The notes beneath the pieces are model-generated. The model saw only the letters and a program-made list of their open reading frames with translations, was not told the DNA's origin and ran no database searches. A stretch of 64,000 bases of DNA from Alphaproteobacteria bacterium (lineage in GTDB: Bacteria; Pseudomonadota; Alphaproteobacteria; GCA-2731375), in the NCBI GenBank assembly GCA_965232515.1, contig CBDDPY010000002.1:5888001-5952000 (forward strand), given 5' to 3'. Numbering within the stretch: position 1 is the first letter of the stretch; the number at the start of each line of letters is the position of its first letter. Both the position numbers and the translations under genes were made by a program. Below are positions 60,752 through 64,000 of this stretch, piece after piece.

Positions 60752-61028
60752 ATGCCATCTACCGGCGCCGGCCGCGCAGGCGAACTTCCTGATCAAGCCG
60801 ACCTACACGCGGCGCTGCGATTTCCGCACCTTCGGCGGGTCGGACACCGTGATGGTGTTGTTCGAATGCAGCGACGGCGACCTGCGCTGCCGCATGGCCG
60901 ATGACGACAGCGGCCAGGACCGCAACGCCAGCTTCAGCTACCGGCTGACGCGCGGCCGCGAATACGTGCTGCGCATCCGGCTGTATTACAGCTGGTCGTC
61001 GGGCGAGACCGCGGTGATGTACTGGTAA
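60752..61028 (+). pseudogene. Duplicated 3' fragment of the M12 protease gene
   Basis: Near-identical to 59710-59985 (ANFLIKPTYTRR...GETAVMYW*); no 5' part. Confidence 0.88.
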
Positions 61029-61043
61029 GCGCCTGCCTTCTTG

Positions 61044-61478
61044 TCAGTGGCAGTGGCGGGGGACAGCGTGGAGTTCGGCCTCGGCCGAGCGGCGCGCCTT
61101 CCGCGCCAGATGCTGGCCGAGGCTGTCGGCGATGCCGTTGGTATCGGGATGACCATTGGCCATCGCGATCCGGCACCAGAAGTAAGCGCGAAAGTGGTCG
61201 GGCTGTAGGCCGAGCCCGTTGAGGTAACAGTGGGCGAGCAGATACTGCGCGCGCACGTCATCCCGTTCGGCGGCCAAGCGAATCCACTGCACGGTGCGTC
61301 GCCGGTCCTCCGGCACGCCGTTGCCCGTGAGATAGAGCAGATCCAATGTGAGCGGTGTCGCGGCATGGCCGCCACCGGCCGCGGTCTCGGCCCTGTTTTG
61401 GGACTCAGCGCGAAACAAGGTCGCATCGAGATCGGCAGACCTGGCGGTTACCGGTTGTTTCAGGGCGGTTTGCGACAT
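61044..61478 (-). CDS. Sel1-repeat protein, paralog 2 (degenerate first repeat)
   Basis: LLYLTGNG...WIRLAAER...AQYLLAHCYLNGLG...AYFWCRIA. Confidence 0.8.
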   Translation of the reverse strand: MSQTALKQPVTARSADLDATLFRAESQNRAETAAGGGHAATPLTLDLLYLTGNGVPEDRRRTVQWIRLAAERDDVRAQYLLAHCYLNGLGLQPDHFRAYFWCRIAMANGHPDTNGIADSLGQHLARKARRSAEAELHAVPRHCH

Positions 61479-61506
61479 GGTTCGGCCAATTCCTACGACA
61501 TCCGAC

Positions 61507-61612
61507 AAAGAGGAGGTGCCGCCGAGACATTGCTCGACGGCGCCAGTGGAAAACCTGGCGCCCCCGCCGCGAGGGAGAGGTCAGCCGGGGCGCCAGGCGG
61601 AATGACGAATAT
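61507..61612 (-). ncRNA. Putative two-hairpin structured RNA, copy 2
   Basis: CCUGGCGCCCC stem with ACCUCUCCCUC loop, then GGCGCCGUCGAG/CUCGGCGGCACC hairpin plus pyrimidine tail. Confidence 0.5.
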
Positions 61613-61695
61613 CTAGTGGGACGAGCGGTCCTGGCGTTCGGACGAAATCTTGAATTTCTCGGACGGTGATCTTCGCGCGCCGGCGGCTCGACCGG

Positions 61696-62157
61696 CTACC
61701 TTCGGCGGAAGCGGACGGTGCGGACCTCGGCGTCGGTCCAGCGGCGTTCATCCGGCGTTAGATGCTGGCCGGCGCCGTCGCGAATGCAGCCGGGATCGGC
61801 ATGGCCGTTTGCGATCGCCGTTTGGCACCAGAAATAGGCCCGGCGGTAGCTGTGCCGTACGCCCTGGCCGGCGAGGTAACAGCGGGCGAGCCAGTACTGT
61901 GCGCGGGCGTTGTCCTGTTCGGCGGCGATGCTGAACCAGTGCACGGCGCGGATCTCGTCCTTCGCCACGCCGTCGCCGTCGAGATAGCGCAAGCCCAGCA
62001 CGAGCTGGGCAGCCGCTTGACCTTCGCCGGCCGCGAAGGTCAACAACGTGACGGCCGTTTCGGTTTCGACACCGGCGTCAGTCTCGGCGCGAAACATCGT
62101 CGCATCGAGATCGGGCGGCATGACGGATGCCGGTCGTTTCATCGCTGTTCGCAACAC
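61696..62157 (-). CDS. Sel1-repeat protein, paralog 3
   Basis: AQLVLGLRYLDGDG...WFSIAAEQ...AQYWLARCY; GTG start inferred by alignment to paralogs. Confidence 0.85.
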   Translation of the reverse strand: MLRTAMKRPASVMPPDLDATMFRAETDAGVETETAVTLLTFAAGEGQAAAQLVLGLRYLDGDGVAKDEIRAVHWFSIAAEQDNARAQYWLARCYLAGQGVRHSYRRAYFWCQTAIANGHADPGCIRDGAGQHLTPDERRWTDAEVRTVRFRRR

Positions 62158-62185
62158 TGTTCGCCCCTTTGCGCCGGCATCCGGC

Positions 62186-62292
62186 AAAAAAATTGGTGCC
62201 GCCGACACGACGGTCGACGGCGCCAGTTGGGGGTACGACGCTCCGGCTGGGAGGGAGGATTCAGCCGAAGCGTCAGGCGGGAGTGAGGAATA
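62186..62292 (-). ncRNA. Putative two-hairpin structured RNA, copy 3
   Basis: 13-bp stem with AAUCCUCCCUCC loop, then 13-bp stem plus U7. Confidence 0.55.
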
Positions 62293-62489
62293 CGTAGTGC
62301 GATAAGCGGTCTTGGTATTCGGACGAAAATCTTATGTTTGTCGGGCAATGGATTTTGAGCGTGGCGGCGGCTCGCTCGGCCGGCGCGGATTTCTTACCGC
62401 CATCACGGAGTGCGTCGCGCATATGCGCCCAATCCACCAGGAGCGGGCCGCGGCGCCGCGCAGACCATGATCGTGGTGAGAATTCCGGG

Positions 62490-62945
62490 CTAGCGGCGTC
62501 GCGCGAGGACGGCGCGGACCTCGGCCTCGGTCCAGCGCCGCTCTTCCGGCGTCAGGTGCTGGCCGGCGCCGGCGGCGATGCTGCCGCTGTCGGCCTGGCC
62601 GTTGGCGCAGGCGAGCCGGCACCAGAAGTAGGCGCGTTTGTGGCTCTGCCGCACGCCCTCGCCGGTCAGGTGGCAGCGGGCGATCCAGTACTGTGCGCGC
62701 GGCTCGTTCTGCTCGGCGGCCTTGCGGAACCAGTGCACGGCCTGGCCCGGGTCCTTGGTCAGACCGTCGCCCGCGAGATAGCGCAGGCCCAGCACGAGCT
62801 GGGCCGCCGGGTCGCCGTCGCCGGCCGCGAAGATCAGCCGCGCCACGCTCGTGTCGGATCCGTCGCCGCTCTCGGTGCACATGGCCGCCGCGTCGAGGCT
62901 GCTTGTCGCGCTCGGAAACGCCAGTTTCAGGGCCGCGTTTGGCAT
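62490..62945 (-). CDS. Sel1-repeat protein, paralog 4
   Basis: AQLVLGLRYLAGDG...WFRKAAEQ...AQYWIARCH; start MPNAALK. Confidence 0.85.
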   Translation of the reverse strand: MPNAALKLAFPSATSSLDAAAMCTESGDGSDTSVARLIFAAGDGDPAAQLVLGLRYLAGDGLTKDPGQAVHWFRKAAEQNEPRAQYWIARCHLTGEGVRQSHKRAYFWCRLACANGQADSGSIAAGAGQHLTPEERRWTEAEVRAVLARRR

Positions 62946-63134
62946 CGGAGGGTCCTTTCGCCGCATGCTCTGGGCGACAGATGGCGCTTGGTTCCCGGCA
63001 TCGAAATTGCCGAAACGCGCATAGGGGTCGAAAAGAAATGCATAGGTCGTCGGCCGATTGGCGGCGCGCCCACGGCATGCGACCATGGCCGGGATCGGAA
63101 AAATCCTTTGTTTTCGCGCAACCGGGAGGGAACC

Positions 63135-63452
63135 GTGGCGATCTACGAGCTCAGGACCTATGACATCTATGTCGGCAAGATTGGCGAGGCGGTGGCGCTT
63201 TATCGCGACGAGGGCTGGCCGGCGCTGGAGAAACACAGCGACAAGCTGGTCGGCTATTTCACCGGCGATATCGGCGCCATGAACCAGATCGTGCATCTCT
63301 GGAAGTTCGAGGACGACGCCGACCGGCGGGCGCACTGGGCTCGTGTCTTCGGCGACGACGAATTCATGGCCTTCGCCGGCAAGCTCAGGCCACTGGTGCA
63401 GAAGCAGCAGAACAAATTGCTGATGAACGCGCCGTTCGGACCCAGGCCTTAG
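63135..63452 (+). CDS. NIPSNAP-family protein
   Basis: IYELRTY and NQIVHLW motifs; GGGAGG RBS before GTG. Confidence 0.88.
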   Translation: MAIYELRTYDIYVGKIGEAVALYRDEGWPALEKHSDKLVGYFTGDIGAMNQIVHLWKFEDDADRRAHWARVFGDDEFMAFAGKLRPLVQKQQNKLLMNAPFGPRP

Positions 63453-63484
63453 AACGCTTCCCAAAGACGGGAAGCGTTCTAAGG
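63447..63484. repeat. Perfect 16-bp inverted repeat
   Basis: ccttagaacgcttccc-aaagac-gggaagcgttctaagg; contains NIPSNAP stop. Confidence 0.75.
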
Positions 63485-63486
63485 GC

Positions 63487-63537
63487 TTTGCGCTCACGGC
63501 AGCGGACCCTTTCGGGTCCGCGCCTGCGCGGGCGCGC
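63487..63537. repeat. 51-bp hairpin repeat, copy 2
   Basis: 1 mismatch versus 59993-60043. Confidence 0.85.
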
Positions 63538-63660
63538 CGGATAAGCCGGCGGGCCGCAGTCGCGGCCTGGAACGGCTCCCGTCAATCTGAAGTGCCTCGA
63601 ATTCCCGGTACCTCCGGTGTTTGCTATGCTCCGCGCCAGCAGGGAACAGGGAGCGCCGGC

Positions 63661-64000
63661 ATGAGTACGCAGACCATTCGCATGGATGACGAGTTGGAGA
63701 CCTATCTGTGGTCGGCCTCGGGGCGCGAGCCGCCGGTGCTGGCGGAACTGCGCGAGGAAACGCAGGCGAATCCGCGGCGCGGCATGCAGGTCTCGCCCAT
63801 GCAGGGCCAGTTCATGGGCGTACTGGTGAAGGCGGTGGGCGCGCGCAAGATCCTCGAGGTCGGGGTCTTTACCGGCTATTCGTCGCTGTCGATGGTGCTG
63901 GCGCTGCCCGACGACGGCCGGCTGATCGCGCTCGACATCTCCGAGGACTACACGGCGCTGGCGCGGAAATACTGGGATAAGGCCGGCGTCGCCCACAAGG
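63661..64000 (+). CDS. Class I SAM-dependent O-methyltransferase (CCoAOMT-like), 3' truncated by window
   Basis: Translated by hand: MSTQTIRMD...ARKILEVGVFTGYS...LPDDGRLIALD. Confidence 0.88.
   Translation, partial: MSTQTIRMDDELETYLWSASGREPPVLAELREETQANPRRGMQVSPMQGQFMGVLVKAVGARKILEVGVFTGYSSLSMVLALPDDGRLIALDISEDYTALARKYWDKAGVAHK

Noticed and set aside
60537-62230. GGCAC motifs upstream of Sel1 genes as sigma54 promoters
   Set aside because: GG-to-GC spacing is not the required 10 bp; better explained as terminator stems
153-63996. Many long alternative-frame and antisense ORFs (e.g. 11978..13123, 21204..22688, 31889..33604, 53980..55593)
   Set aside because: Shadow ORFs of high-GC coding genes; Arg/Pro/Gly-rich with no motifs

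Overview
High-GC alphaproteobacterial chromosome segment (Rhodospirillales-like by gene content, LexA box type and repeat families; taxonomy is inferred). From left to right: (1) 1-11.7 kb, a sphingolipid/ceramide cluster (fatty acyl-AMP ligase, CerR-like reductase, ACP, SPT, CpgC/CpgB/CpgD-like enzymes, a second LptFG pair, a flippase, a fatty acid hydroxylase and a bCerS-like GNAT); (2) purine catabolism genes (puuE, allA, SDR), an AraC/VOC pair, EamA, a low-GC orphan gene, a cytochrome c, LexA-boxed dinB and an NNR-boxed norCBQD operon; (3) assorted oxidoreductases, two paralogous membrane class III cyclases, a Bcr/CflA efflux pump behind a leader-peptide attenuator, and a Tat-signalled mycofactocin-type SDR; (4) a 38.8-45.7 kb decayed mobile island (IS3, IS630 remnant, RAYT-like pseudogene) carrying a low-GC operon of a small peptide, a PaaK-like ligase, an FAD oxidoreductase and an AKR; (5) a TRAP transporter, CoA ligase, LysR, BVMO and HisD paralog; (6) 58.9-63 kb, an astacin-like protease facing a tandem array of four Sel1-repeat paralogs. 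Three of these Sel1 genes are each preceded by a conserved two-hairpin RNA (pyrimidine-rich, anti-SD-like loop plus terminator), which is the most novel-looking signal. Several families of palindromic intergenic repeats are present. No rRNA, tRNA or CRISPR array was seen. All calls come from motif reading by eye; no database searches were run.
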